From Anolis carolinensis (taxonomy: Eukaryota): 64,000 bases of DNA. The stretch covers positions 29,872,703 through 29,936,702 of the forward strand of contig NW_026943819.1 of the NCBI RefSeq assembly GCF_035594765.1, in the 5' to 3' direction. This document shows, in pieces, positions 25,101 to 38,353 of the stretch; the stretch's first letter is position 1, and each line of letters opens with the position of its first letter. Under the pieces are notes generated by a model. It was given only the letters and a program-made list of their open reading frames with translations. It was not told the origin of the DNA and did no database searches. The translations under genes and the position numbers were made by a program.

Positions 25101-25550
25101 CGGCTCTTCAGCTTAGAAATGGAGATGAGCTCCAACCCCCAGAGTGTGAGTAGATCAATAGGTACTGCTCCGGTGGGAAGGTAACGGCGCTCCATGCAGT
25201 TATGTCAGTGGCCACATGACTTTGGAGGTGTCTACGGACAACGCCGGCTCTTTGCCTTAGAAATGGAGATGAGCATCAACCCCCAGAGTGTGAGTAGATC
25301 AATAGGTACTGCTCCGGTGGGAAGGTAACGGCACTCCATGCAGTCATGTCAGTGGCCACATGACCTTGGAGGTGTCTACAGACAACGCCGGCTCTTCGGC
25401 TTAGAAATGGAGATGAGCACCAACTCCCAGAGTGTGAGTAGATCAATAGGTACTGCTCCGGCGGGAAGGTAACACTGGCGCTCCATGCAATCATGTCAGT
25501 GGCCACATGACTTTGGAGGTGTCTATGGACAACGCCGGCTCTTCAGCTTA
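22126..25550 (+). repeat. Sauria-SINE-like element whose ~144-147-bp internal segment is tandemly amplified about 23 times
   Basis: tRNA-like head GAGCCCTGGTGGCGAAGTGTGTTAAAG...GGTTCAAATCC then repeats of GTGAGTAGATCAATAGGTAC...CCAACCCCCAGA; unamplified family member at ~34585-34896(-). Confidence 0.9.
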
Positions 25551-25667
25551 GAGAGGAAGATGAGCGCCATGGATGTGCAAATAGATTTCTCCTTCTTCCT
25601 ATCGTCTCAGCCTCATTCTTAACTGTGAGTCGTTTGTAATTCCGGGCCGGCCTGTGTTTGTTTCCAG

Positions 25668-25874
25668 GGGTGATCGGGGCCGGGATCGGGGGCTCCTCGG
25701 CCGCCTATTTCCTGCGGCAGAAGTTCGGCAAGGATGTCTCCATCGACGTCTTCGAGCGGGGCCAAGTGGGCGGCCGCCTGGCCACCATCGACCTGGAAGG
25801 AAAAGGCTACGAGGCCGGAGGATCCGTCATCCACCCGCTCAACCTGCACATGAAGCACTTTGTCCAAGAGCTGG
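25668..25874 (+). CDS. PCYOX1: PCYOX1 paralog B exon 2
   Basis: [20 protein letters not shown]...[20 protein letters not shown]; 207 nt. Confidence 0.95.
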
Positions 25875-27854
25875 GTACGGCCGGGAATGCGCACAAGGGC
25901 GCAAAATTATCTCCATAGGGAGCCCTGTCCCGCCTCCACATCCAGAATCTCTGGGTCGAGCTGGCCATTTGGCATTTCGGTGCAGCAGTGTTAGAATAGC
26001 AAACAAGAAAGAGGCCAGAGGCCAAAGAAATGCATTCATGCTGTGCAGAGAATATTAAAGGGTGTGCCGAGAGAGAAATATTTGTCAAAAGCAACGTCTC
26101 GTTTTGGAGTATAGAAGCTAGCTCTTGCTTTCCTGGATTACCTTGCAGCCTTGTGTTTTCAAGTTATGGGACTTTGTCAAGCATTCATGGAACCCTGTTT
26201 TATGCCTTATGTTTTCTTGGATTATTCTTGATAGCCTTATGTGGGGGAGGTTTTGTTTTTATTAAATTATATTATATATATATATATCCGCTACCACCAA
26301 TATAAAGATGTTTTTATTGAAACGTTGCCACCAAAGGTAAAGATGTTTATAATGCTGCCACCAGATGTAAAGGGGATTAACGCTTGACACCACTTTGGGA
26401 AGATGCAGCCACCAACTGTCTCAGAGAGGAGACCTTTTAAATTTTGTTTTCCTTTCTTCTTGTTTATTCTTGATGGTAAGATATGTGACAGAGGCTGAGA
26501 TGTTTGAAAGAACAATAATAAGTTTATTCAGGCACAGAGCTTAGTGGTTACAGTAATTTTTCTTCTTCAATGCACTTTGATTAACAGTTGCAATAACAGA
26601 ATGAGGTGATTCGAACTTCCTAAAAATGTCACTTCTTTCCCTACTGCTTTTAAACTGCAGTCACCCTGTGAATTACATTCACAGATTATCTGTTCCTAAT
26701 CAGGAGACAGACTACCTTAAAATAAGTCACCAAACTTATTTTAAACTGGCTCAAAAATAAGCAATTGAGCCTCCCTGATTCCTTCAACTGAGAATCAGTC
26801 TTCCCTGTACCTCATCAGGGCACAGACTAACTGCTTCTTTTCCAAACCTGCACTTCTCCACCAAAACAGCAGTTGGCTCCGCCCACATCTCCATGGCAAC
26901 CAACTCTTGAGTGCAGAGCTTTAGTAACTGAAATATTGACCCTTTTAAAACTCAATACACAATTAAACATGAAATCTGTAAACTAAAAAAATTCACACTT
27001 CATTACACCTTGGTTTTGCAACAATCTTTGGGATCTTTACTTTTGCTTTTTAAGAACTATTTATTTTCTATTTCCCAATAATCTACAAAAGACTTCAACC
27101 TGTGTACAGTCTGGTGCGTTCAGCAAGGTGAAGCTAACCTGAGGTGCGACAAGTGGGAACTCGTCTGTGTAAGCGGACACCCCAGCCACATACATACATA
27201 TTTTCACTTATGTGTATAGATGTATATAGACTGGTTTGAGGTCAGGTTTTGATATTTCGTAATAGGCGTCATCCTTCACAGGCCAAGGAGAGCATTCCAG
27301 AAAGATGTCCCTGCTTCTTTTTATTTATTTATTTATTTATTTACAGTCTTTATATTCCGCCCTTCTTTTTCACCCCGAAGGGGACTCAGGGCGGATTACA
27401 ATGAACACATATATGGCAAACATTCAATGCCAACAGACAAACAACATTCAGTTTTAGACAGACACAGAGGCATTTTTAACATCTTTCCAGCTTCACGATT
27501 CCGGCCACAGGGGGAGCTGTTGCTTCACCATCCATTGGTGGCTGTTCTTCCTCATTCTTTTCCTCGTGAGCAGTTTTATGGTGTTGTAGATTAGTTAAAT
27601 TAGCCTCCCGCATAAAGCGTACCTAAATTTTCCCTACTTGACAGATGCAACTGTCTTTCGGGGCTGCTAGGTCAACAGCAAGCCGGGGCTATTTTTTTTT
27701 TTTTAATGGTCGGAGGCTTAACCCGACCCGGGCTTCGAACTCATGACCTCTCGGTCAGTAGTGATTTATAGCAGCTGGTTACTAGCCAGCTGCGCCACAG
27801 CCCGGCCCCACAACTTCCTTTCCAAATATCTCTTTTTTTCCCCCCTCCTGCCAG

Positions 27855-28029
27855 GGCTCTCCGTTCCAAAGGGCCGGGATGGGCTCATGGGCATCTACAA
27901 CGGAGAGGAGTTTGTCTTTGAGGAGAGCAGTTGGACCCTCTGGAACTACGTGAAGATGTTCTGGAATTACGGGCTGAATGCCCTGCGGATGACCATGTGG
28001 GTGGAGGAGGTCTTGGACAAGTTTATAAG
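27855..28029 (+). CDS. PCYOX1: PCYOX1 paralog B exon 3
   Basis: LSVPKGRDGLMGIYNGEEFVFEESSW...VLDKFI; 175 nt. Confidence 0.93.
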
Positions 28030-28064
28030 GTGAGCAGCCCCAAATGGGGATTATCTTGCGATTA

Positions 28065-29120
28065 TTTTTTTTTTTAAATCTTTTTATTCTTCATACAGAT
28101 AACAAAACAATACACTGCATACCTTAGCCATCTAAAAGATAACATAAAAACTATTTACAATCTTTATGGCTGGGATACAGGTTCCAATTGTGATTCTCTT
28201 TACCGCATATCTCAATTAATTGCCCCTTTAAACCCCCCCCCCCTCCCACCCTCTTCCCACCCCCAACTGGGTTGCTTGAATCAATACATTGATTTAATTG
28301 TCTGGAAGGCCTGATTTAAAGTTCTGTACCTATCTTTTCCTTCTGTTTTATCGATTAAACAAGACCATTTCTTATGCCAATCTTGTCTTAAATGAATATT
28401 CAAATATTTGTTTTTCTTTTCATGGATGAAATCATTAATTAAATATTCAGAGAGATACGACCACCAGGTTTTTAGGTCCCACTTTGTTTTATCTTTCCAC
28501 CCTCTGGCAATTGTGGCATGAATAGCGGCTATCATAAATTTTAATATATCTGACCATTGGTTGTTCCCCTCCTTTACCTCTATGTTAAGGGACAGAAATC
28601 GAGCTTTATCCCAATATAGCTTTTGCTCTATTATTTCCTCTATTACTTCTCTAACCGTTTTATAGTATTTTTGGATTTCAGGGCAGTCCCACCACAAGTG
28701 GGAAAAAGTGCCAATCTCCCCGCATTTATGCCAACATTTGTAAGAAACGTTTTTCATAATATGAGCCAGTTGATAAGGGGTCCTATACTATTTTGAAATT
28801 ATTTTCTTTTGTGTTTCTTTTATTCTTAGAGGTTTAATTTTTTGGGTTTTATCAATCCAGGAGTGTACTAAGTTTTCATTGAAATTTATATCCTGTTTCC
28901 AGGCCTCTACTAAAGTATGTTTTGTATTATAGGATAAGGCTGTTAATTCCTTATATATTTCCCCTATCATGCCTTTCTTTTTTTCTATTTTCCAGCCAAT
29001 TATCCTATCCATTGGGGCATCTGATGTTTCTTTCTTTTTTATTTCATGTACTTGTTTTGACAGCCCTAACCCAAGCTATCCAATACTTTAAGCCACATTT
29101 GTCCTTTATCTTATCCCATT
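28065..29120 (-). mobile_element. 5'-truncated L1-clade LINE (ORF2 C-terminus)
   Basis: CWHKCGEIGTFSHLWWDC zinc knuckle in ORF 28281-28757; AATAAA and poly(A) tail on the minus strand at ~28065-28088. Confidence 0.75.
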
Positions 29121-29353
29121 TTTTAATATCTTGCTGTTATTTGCATGGTCTGAGCTGAGATTTCCAAAGGGCATCCATATACGAGGGTTGAATGAAAAGT
29201 TGTGTTGTTAAAGTGCAAAGTATGGAATCCTGCGCAGACGGGGAAGCCTTAGCCTTGAACGGTTGTGTTGTTAAAGTACGAAATATGGAACCCTGAGCCA
29301 CGGGTGCAAAGTCCTCCTGACTCAAAGCTTCTCTCTCCCCTTCTTGGCTGAAG

Positions 29354-29565
29354 CATCTACCGCTACCAGGCGCACGACTTCGCCTTCAGCAGCAGCGAGG
29401 CCTTGCTCCATGCGCTCGGAGGGGCCGCCTTCATGCAGATGCTCAACCAGACCATCGAGGAATCCATGCAGGAGGCCGGCTTCTCCCAGAAGTTCATCCG
29501 CGAGATAGTCACCCCCGTCATGAGGGTCAACTACGGGCAGGGAGTCGGCATCAACGGATTTGTGG
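29354..29565 (+). CDS. PCYOX1: PCYOX1 paralog B exon 4
   Basis: [13 protein letters not shown]...[16 protein letters not shown]; 212 nt. Confidence 0.93.
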
Positions 29566-29644
29566 GTGAGTGGGGTAAAGTTTCTGTAGGCGGAACGGTG
29601 CCCTTCGTAGAATGCAACTAACTGTGCAGCCATTGCAATAATAA

Positions 29645-31148
29645 TCTATATATATAAAAGAGTGATGGCATCACGGCAACCCACAAAACAACAAAACTAC
29701 AGGCCACCCAACCTCGAAATTTGACAACACAACCCATCATTCACGGCTCTAAGTTGATACAACAAAAAGAAAAGAAAAATAAAGTCCTAATTACAGGGAG
29801 AGGAATAATAGTTTTTATCCAATTGCTGCCAGTTAGAAGGCTAAGCTCCGCCCACTTGGTCTCCTAGCAACCTACTCAGCCCAGGGGACAGGCACAGTTA
29901 GGCCTCACTTGGGCCTCTTCCACAGATTATCAGATTTTAACTGGATTATATGGCAGTGTAGACTCAAGGCCCTTCCACACAGCTATATAACCCATTTATA
30001 GCTGTGTGGCTATTTATAGCTGTGGGGCCGGGCTGTGGCGCAGCTGTTGAGCAGCTGCCTTAAATCACTCTGACCATGAGGTCATGAGTTCGAGGCCAGC
30101 CCGTGGCGGGGTGAGCACCCGTCAATTAAAAATAAAAAATAGCCCCTGCTCGTTGCTGACCTAGCAACCCGAAAGATAGTTGCATCTATCAAGTAGGAAA
30201 TAAGGTACCACTAATAAAAAAAGTGGGGAGGCAAGATTAACTAATTTACGACCTGGAATGAGGAAGTGCCGTCAGTGTGGATGATGAAGCAGCTGCTCCC
30301 CCCTGTGGCCAGAATCGAACATCCCCTCAGAAGAAAGTTAACTTGCCTCTGCGTGTGTGTCTCTCAGTCTCTGTTTGATGTGTTTATGGGCATTGAATGT
30401 TTGCCCTATGTGTGTTATAATGTGATCCGCCCTGAGTCCCCTTCGGGGTGAGAAGGGCGGAATATAAATACTGTAAATAAATAAATAAATTTAGAATCTT
30501 ATATTATCTGCTTTGCACTGGATTATCTTGACTCCACACTGCCATATAATCCACTTCAGTGTGCATACTAAACATAAAGACAGCCATACAACAGACATTC
30601 AATACTACCACTACCTCAACAATTTCTCACCAACACCACCAGACAAAGCCACAGCAACGCGTGGCCGGGCACAGCTAGTCTATATATATAAAAGAGTGAT
30701 GGCATCACGGCAACCCACAAAACAACAAAACTACAGGCCCCCCAACCTCGACATTTGACAACACAACCCATCATCCACGCCTCTGGGTTGATACAACAAA
30801 AAGAAAAGAAAAATAAAGTCCTAATTAGAGAGAGAGGAATAATTGCTTTTATCCAGCTGCTGCCAGTTAGAAGGCTAAGCTCCTCCAACTTGGTCTCCTA
30901 GCAACCCAATAAAAATAATAAAAAACACTAAAAATAATTAAAAACGCTAAAAAAGTAATACAATAAAATACTATAATAACAGAAAATAACTAAAAATAAT
31001 ACAAGAAAATAATAAAATATAATAAATAAAAAGATAACTTACAATAAAATTAATTTAAAATTACAAATAACATCAAATAAAAATTACACAACAATTTTTA
31101 ACCAATACCACCACTTTGCCACAGCAACGCGTGGCTGGGCACAGCTAG
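29645..31148 (+). mobile_element. Two head-to-tail Helitrons (29645-30678 with nested SINE; 30679-31148)
   Basis: TC...CTAG|TC...CTAG|T. Confidence 0.75.
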
Positions 31149-31185
31149 TAATAATAATAATAATAATAACAACAACAACAACGTT

Positions 31186-31838
31186 GCTGAGGAGCCACCA
31201 AGTCACTCTGTGCCAGGACATTGCAGGTTACAGCGAGCACATCCCAATATTCCTTTCTCTATTTGCATGACCCCACCCACTGCCTCTCCCTTAACCCTTT
31301 CCCAGTGCTGAGGAGCCACCAAGTCACTCCCTCCCAGGACATTGCAGGTTACAGCGAGCACATCCCAATATTCCTTTCTCTATTTGCATGACCCCGCCCA
31401 CTGCCTCTCCCTTAACCCTTTCCCAGTGCTGAGGAGCCACCAAGTCACTCCCTCCCAGGACATTGCAGGTTACAGCAAGCACATCCCAATATTCCTTTCT
31501 CTATTTGCATGACTCCGCCCACTGCCTCTCCCTTAACCCTTTCCCAGTGCTGAGGAGCCACCAAGTCACTCCCTCCCAGGACATTGCAGGTTACAGCGAG
31601 CACATCCCAATATTCCTTTCTCTATTTGCATGACCCCGCCCACTGCCTCTCCCTTAACCCTTTCCCAGTGCTGAGGAGCCACCAAGTCACTCCCTCCCAG
31701 GACATTGCAGGTTACAGCGAGCACATCCCAGTGTTCCTTTCTCTCGCCATTTAAATGGTCCCGCCCACTGCCTCTCCCTTAACCCTTTCCCAGTCCTGAG
31801 GAGCCACCGTCACTCCCTCCCAGGACACTGCAGGTTAG
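31186..31838. repeat. 121-bp minisatellite (~5 copies; ~3.5 more at 37460-37910)
   Basis: Unit GCTGAGGAGCCACCAAGTCACTCCCTCCCAGG...ATTTGCATGACCCCGCCCACTGCCTCTCCCTTAACCCTTTCCCAGT. Confidence 0.9.
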
Positions 31839-32281
31839 TACTTCCTCATGTTCTTCGCATGCTGCTGATATTTTAATGGTGTCATAAATTAAGTAAAATT
31901 AGCCTCCCCACATTAAGCGGTACCCAGAATTCCCTACTTACAGACATAGCTGTTTTTGAGCTGCTTAGGTGGGCAGCAAGCTAGGCTATTAATAGTTGGG
32001 AGCTTAACCCCGACCCGGGCTTCGAACCAACAGCCTCTTGGTCAGTGGTGATTTATTGCTGCTGGCTACTAACCAGCTGCGCCACAGCCCGGCCCATGGC
32101 CAGTCTGTGTCTAATGGACAATGGAGGCCTGTGTTTGTATATTTATAATTGTTCACGGACTAGATGTATACGGTATCTTGTATTTATATTGTTTTGATAA
32201 GGCCAATTGGCTGTTCCCTCCTGCCTCAGTGGGCCCTTTGTGTTCTTGTGACTTCACGTTTCCCTTCTCCTTCCCCGGCAG

Positions 32282-32437
32282 GCGCAGTCTCTTTGGCAGG
32301 AGCCGGGAGTGGGCTTTGGTCCGTCGAAGGGGGAAACAAGCTCGTGTGTGTCGGCCTCCTCTATGCTTCCAAAGCCCAGCCGATTCCCAGCACCGTGATC
32401 TCTGTGGAGGAAACAACGCGGCCCAGAGGACGCTCAG
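32282..32437 (+). CDS. PCYOX1: PCYOX1 paralog B exon 5
   Basis: [26 protein letters not shown]...RGRSG; 156 nt. Confidence 0.93.
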
Positions 32438-33652
32438 GTGAGGCAGCATGGACCTCCATCTAGGTAAAATACTGTATATACTTGAGTAGAAGACTAGTTT
32501 TTCAGGCGTTTTTTAGGACTGAAAAAAAGCCTCCTCAGCTTATACTCGGGTGAGGGTCCTGGTGGGCTTATATTCAGGTCGGCTTATACTCAAGTATATA
32601 TGGTATATTTATTATTTTTCTCTATTATTGGTATTGTTACATTTATTATTTTACTCTATTATTATTAATACATTTATTATTTTACTCTATTATTATTATT
32701 ACACTTAATACTTTATGTATTGTTACATTTATTATTTTACTGCATTTACTATTATTATTACATTTATTATTTCACTCTATTATTATTAAAAGGAGACATA
32801 AGCACATTTACATTGAAGAAGATGAAAATAATGATTTAACCAGAGTTGAACAGTCATATCTTAAATTACAGTTGGATGTAAAGATTCAAAAACATTTAAA
32901 GCACTGATGCCTCAATTAATGTAATTTTATTGGTACAGTAGAGTCTCGCTTATCCAACGTAAACAGGCCAGCAGAATGTTGGATAAGTGAATATGTTGGA
33001 TAATAAGGAGAGATTAAGGAAAGGCCTATTAAACATCAAATTAGGTTATGATTTTACAAATTAAGCACCAAAACATTATGTTATACAATAAATTTGACAG
33101 AAAAAGTATTTCAATACACAATAATGCTATGTAGTAATTACTGTATTTACGAATTTAGCGCCAAAATATCACGATATATTGAAAACACTGACTACAAAAA
33201 TGTGTTGGATAATCCAGAATGTTGGATAAGCGAGACTCTGCTGTATCTCGGCTTACACTGGAGTCCATGTTTTCCCAGTTTTTTTGTGTTAAAATTAGGT
33301 GCCTTGGCTTATATTCAGGTCGGCTTAGACTTGGGTATATATGGTAACTGTCACTGCAGGAGGGACATCCCGCAGCACATTTTGCAATGAATATCTCATC
33401 ATCAAGTTGCAACCAAATCAACCTAACTTGTGGCAGCCACAAACACAAAGTTTCCGGACTATGACAACTACTTTCAAAGGACGGACTACACAATGAAACA
33501 GAAAATAACAAATTTTGTTATATAATTCTAGGAACAAACTCTTAAGCATATGTCAGGAATTGTTTTCGAACCGATTTCAACGAGTCCTCATCTGTTGTGT
33601 CTTTTAATGGTCCTGCTGTTAAGTCTACTGATATGTATTTTTTTCCTTTCAG

Positions 33653-34302
33653 GAGAAACCATGAAGCTGTACCAAGTCACCTACAACTCCACCTTCGGAG
33701 TAACCTCCGACCTGTACGATATTATTGTGATGGCCACCCCTTTGCATCGTAAAATCGCCAACATCACCTTCCGCAACTTCAAGCCGCCCATCCCCGAATT
33801 CTCCAAGCCCTACCAAGAGATCGTCGCCACTTTTGTCCACGGGAACATCAACACTTCCTTCTTCGGCTACCCGGACCCTTCCACGTTCCAACTGAGTGCC
33901 ATTTTCACGATGGAAAACCCCAAGTTGTTTGTCAACAGCATTGGCGTCGTCTCTCCCGTGGAAGACAAGGCCAAAGCAGCAGAAGGCTCCCCGGTCTGGA
34001 AAGTGTTTTCGGCCCGGCCTTTGACCAAGGCGCAGCTGGACGTGCTCTTCTCCTCCTACGACTCGGTGGAGTCGAAGCCATGGCTGGCCTACCCCCACTA
34101 CAGCCCCCCCGAGCAGTGCCCGCCCCTCGTGATCCACGACCACGTGTACTACGTCAACAGCATCGAGTGCCTTGCGAGCGCCATGGAAATGAGTGCCATC
34201 TCGGCCAAGAATGCCGCCCTCCTGGCTCACCACCGCTGGTACGACCGGACGGACAAGATCGACCAGGAGGATCTGCACGAGAAACTCAAAACCGAGCTCT
34301 GA
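33653..34302 (+). CDS. PCYOX1: PCYOX1 paralog B exon 6 (ends KTEL*)
   Basis: ETMKLYQV...IECLASAMEMSAISAKN...KLKTEL; joined CDS 1524 nt = 507 aa plus stop. Confidence 0.95.
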
Positions 34303-34584
34303 CCGTGAGTGGGCACTTGCTTTGGTGGTAAAGAAAGAAAACGCCCCAAACCACCTGCTTATTTTGAGCCAATTTCCCTTCTGTGACACGTTTGTTTTCG
34401 TGATGCGGTATGTGGTAAAAAGACTACTTCTTTAAAGTGCTTTTATCCGGGTGGTTTCTTTTCCTAACAAAGACCTCTGCAGCCTTTTCTGCAAAGAGCA
34501 GATTGTAGGTATTTATTCTTAATCCCAACAAAAAACATACATGAGCTGCAGGGGTCAAGAATGTTTGTAATCAACTTATATACA

Positions 34585-34896
34585 GTAAAGGTAAAGGCTT
34601 CCCCCGAGTCATGTCTGACTCTGGCGGTTGGTGCTCATCTCCATTTCTAAGCCAAAGAGCCGGCGTTGTCTGTAGACACCTCCAAGGTCATGTGGCCATT
34701 GGCATGAGTGCATGGAGCGCTGTTACCTTCCCGCCAGAGCAGTACCTATTGATCTACTCACATTGGCATGTTTTCGAACTGCTAGGTTGGCAGGAGCTGG
34801 AGCTAACAGCGGGCGCTTACTCCACTCCCAGGATTTGAACCTGGGACCTTTCGGTCTCCAGCTCAGTGCTTTAACGCACTTTGCCACCCGGGCTTC
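34585..34896 (-). mobile_element. Sauria-SINE-like element (also at +6072)
   Basis: tRNA-like head and BovB-type CCTTTACCTTTAC tail on the minus strand. Confidence 0.75.
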
Positions 34897-36305
34897 TATA
34901 TACAGTATATACTATATACAGTAGAGTCTCACTTATCCAACATAAATGGGCCAGCAGAACCTTGGATAAGCGAATATGTTGGATAATAAGGAGAGATTAA
35001 GGAAAAGCCTATTAAACATCAAATTAGGTTATGATTTTACAAATTAAGCACCAAAACATCATGTTAGACAACAAATTTGGCAGAAAAAGTAGTTCAATAC
35101 GCAGTCATGTTATGTTGTAATTACTGTATTTACGAATTTAGCACCAAAATATCATGATATATTGAAAACATTGACTACAAAAATGGCTTGGATAATCCAG
35201 AACCTTGAATAAGTGACTCTACTGTAGCAGGTTGAGGAAAATTCATCTCTCGCACTACAAATCCCAGTGTCCCTGAACATTAGCTTTTTGGGAGCGGGGG
35301 GGGGGGGGGGGGGTGTTCAAAAATTATTTCTACACTAGCTTGAGTTCCTAGCATTGCCCGGGTTATTTGAAAAAGTCAATTCTTAATTGTACAAAACTTA
35401 TAAGGTTTTTGTATAACTACAACTGACATCATGCCAGGTGAATCCTGAAGAACTCCCATCGGTACGTAGTTTTTCATGTTGGGCAGGTTTGCTCTGGATT
35501 CATCGTCGGTGAGGTTGGGTGTGCTCTCTAGCTGTAAGGTAAACTACAACTCCCACTATGGTGTGTCAGTCCCCTCAGACCACCAAAGATCTCCAGTATT
35601 TTTTGATGGTCATGGGGGTTCTGTGTGCCAAGTTAGTTCCAGGTCCATTGCTGGTGGAGTTCAGAGCTTCTTTGATTGCAGGTGAACTATACATCCTAGT
35701 CCCTACTAGTCCTATACATCATGGTAAATTCTCCCTAAACCTCTCTAGTATGTATGTTCAGTTGCTGATCAATTCCTCTGTTTGCTGAAAGGGTTAAGGG
35801 AGAGGCAGTGGGCGGGGTCATGCAAATTCCATACCAAGTGAGAGAGTAAGGAACACTGGGATGTCTGTGATGGAGGAAACATAAAATCTACGATGAAATG
35901 GTCCCCGTCTGAAAGCCTTCACTTGGGTGGTGGGCAGTATGGTGTCTGCTGAGGACATGGGCAGGGCTCTTAGGTGTGTTTACTGTGCTCTCTCTAACCT
36001 GCAATGTCATTGGAAGGAGGGCCAAACAGCTGTTTGTGGAAGTGGGAGCTTTGTTTGTGGAAGTACACACCCCAGTCACACACATACATATGTTCACTTT
36101 AGTTATGTGTATAGTTTGGGAACTCGGCATAATTCATAACAGTTGAGTGAAGCTTTCAAAAGAAGAAATTTTAACCCAGTTTTAGCAATTTATTTTTTAA
36201 AAAACCTCACAAAGAATGGGTAATTTCCCCATATCTTGCACAATACAAAATAACGATATTTTAAAAAAGAAAAAAAATGCATTGTAGTAGAGCCCAGTGG
36301 TTCCT

Positions 36306-36356
36306 TCACACCCGTTCCAAAGCTTCTAGCATAATAATACTGTTTCCTCGTATTAC
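36306..36356 (-). pseudogene. SNRPG: Duplicated orphan copy of SNRPG exon 4
   Basis: Identical to 42378-42428. Confidence 0.8.
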
Positions 36357-38353
36357 CTAGAAATCAAAACAGTGATGTTAAATGGCAGCCTTTCACTAGT
36401 TAGAGACATAAGAAAGAAACTGAAGTGGAGAAAGGTATAGCCTCAAAAAGAGATACAGACAGTCCCAAAGTAACAAAGGACTCATAGATTAGAGCGGGGG
36501 TGAGGCAACAGGAAGTGAGAGAAATCTACTCCTCGAGGGGAAATTCACTTCTGGAAGGGTTATTATCGGGGAAACGAGGTCTCCACTGAAGCTTTATCCC
36601 CAATCCTTGTTTCCAAAACAAGCCAAATTTTCCAAAATCCAATTATCACAGGGACAGAAGGTGAGGTGAAATCTGAACACGGGTACAGACAGCAAAACAG
36701 ACACTCTTCCCTATATAATCCAAAGTATGCATATATAGTTGGAGTTACACTTAAGAAATGTTCCGACTTCCATATAACTTGGGGACTGCCTGCACTGTAT
36801 ACAGAATGATAGGATATATCCATGTCATGATCTCCAATCCTTGATATCTCTGGTCAGCTGACAAGGAACAGATGCCAGCCATAAAACCTCAATGACCCTC
36901 TGGTATGTGGGAGCCCCTATATATGTGGGCCAAAGAGAAGGTTCTGGGATTCGGTAGAAATTGTCGGATTCTTTTCTCCCAGTTGTGCTATGGGTCAGTC
37001 TTCCAAAGGAAAAAAGCACCAAGACACGCTGGTAGATTCCAACAGATTTTATTGTACCGAATGCCATAACCTTCTCTTTCGCCCACATATATAGGGGCTC
37101 CCACATACCAGAGGGTCATTGAGGTTTTATGGCTGGCCCGTTTTATGGCTAGCATCTGTTCCTTGTCAGCCGACCAGAGATGTCAAGGATTGGAGATCAT
37201 GACAATCCAATATACACAGGCCTTCCCCAAGTTATGAACAAGAGAAAGATTTGGTAAGCTTTATTCTTAAGCTGAATTTGTAAGGAAGTCGGAACAGGGA
37301 CATTTTTAAGTGAAACTCCAGCCAACACACACATATATAAGTATATGTGTATATATATGTGTGTGTGTGAGAGAGAGATTTTGAGAGCCTAGGGCACACA
37401 ATATAAAATACACACACAGACATATCAACAATATTATTATTACAAGACATCCTTGAGTGATGACCCCGCCCACTGCCTCTCCCTTAACCCTTTCCCAGTG
37501 CTGAGGAGCCACCAAGTCACTCCCTCCCAGGACATTGCAGGTTACAGCAAGCACATCCCAATATTCCTTTCTCTATTTGCATGACTCCGCCCACTGCCTC
37601 TCCCTTAACCCTTTCCCAGTGCTGAGGAGCCACCAAGTCACTCCCTCCCAGGACATTGCAGGTTACAGCGAGCACATCCCAATATTCCTTTCTCTATTTG
37701 CATGACCCCGCCCACTGCCTCTCCCTTAACCCTTTCCCAGTGCTGAGGAGCCACCAAGTCACTCCCTCCCAGGACATTGCAGGTTACAGCGAGCACATCC
37801 CAGTGTTCCTTTCTCTCGCCATTTAAATGGTCCCGCCCACTGCCTCTCCCTTAACCCTTTCCCAGTCCTGAGGAGCCACCGTCACTCCCTCCCAGGACAC
37901 TGCAGGTTAGTACTTCCTCATGTTCTTCGCATGCTGCTGATATTTTAATGGTGTCATAAATTAAGTAAAATTAGCCTCCCCACATTAAGCGGTACCCAGA
38001 ATTCCCTACTTACAGACATAGCTGTTTTTGAGCTGCTTAGGTGGGCAGCAAGCTAGGCTATTAATAGTTGGGAGCTTAACCCCGACCCGGGCTTCGAACC
38101 AACAGCCTCTTGGTCAGTGGTGATTTATTGCTGCTGGCTACTAACCAGCTGCGCCACAGCCCGGCCCATGGCCAGTCTGTGTCTAATGGACAATGGAGGC
38201 CTGTGTTTGTATATTTATAATTGTTCACGGACTAGATGTATACGGTATCTTGTATTTATATTGTTTTGATAAGGCCAATTGGCTGTTCCCTCCTGCCTCA
38301 GTGGGCCCTTTGTGTTCTTGTGACTTCACGTTTCCCTTCTCCTTCCCCGGCAG

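Noticed and set aside
22256-25550. Repeated 83-aa ORFs (MATDMTAWSA...)
   Set aside because: Translations of the SINE-derived tandem array; no gene structure
26290-27010. Possible solo LTR
   Set aside because: No convincing paired TG..CA termini with a TSD could be identified by eye
33550-33652. Hydrophobic N-terminal extension of the exon 6 ORF as a standalone secreted protein
   Set aside because: It is the intronic polypyrimidine tract upstream of a canonical acceptor
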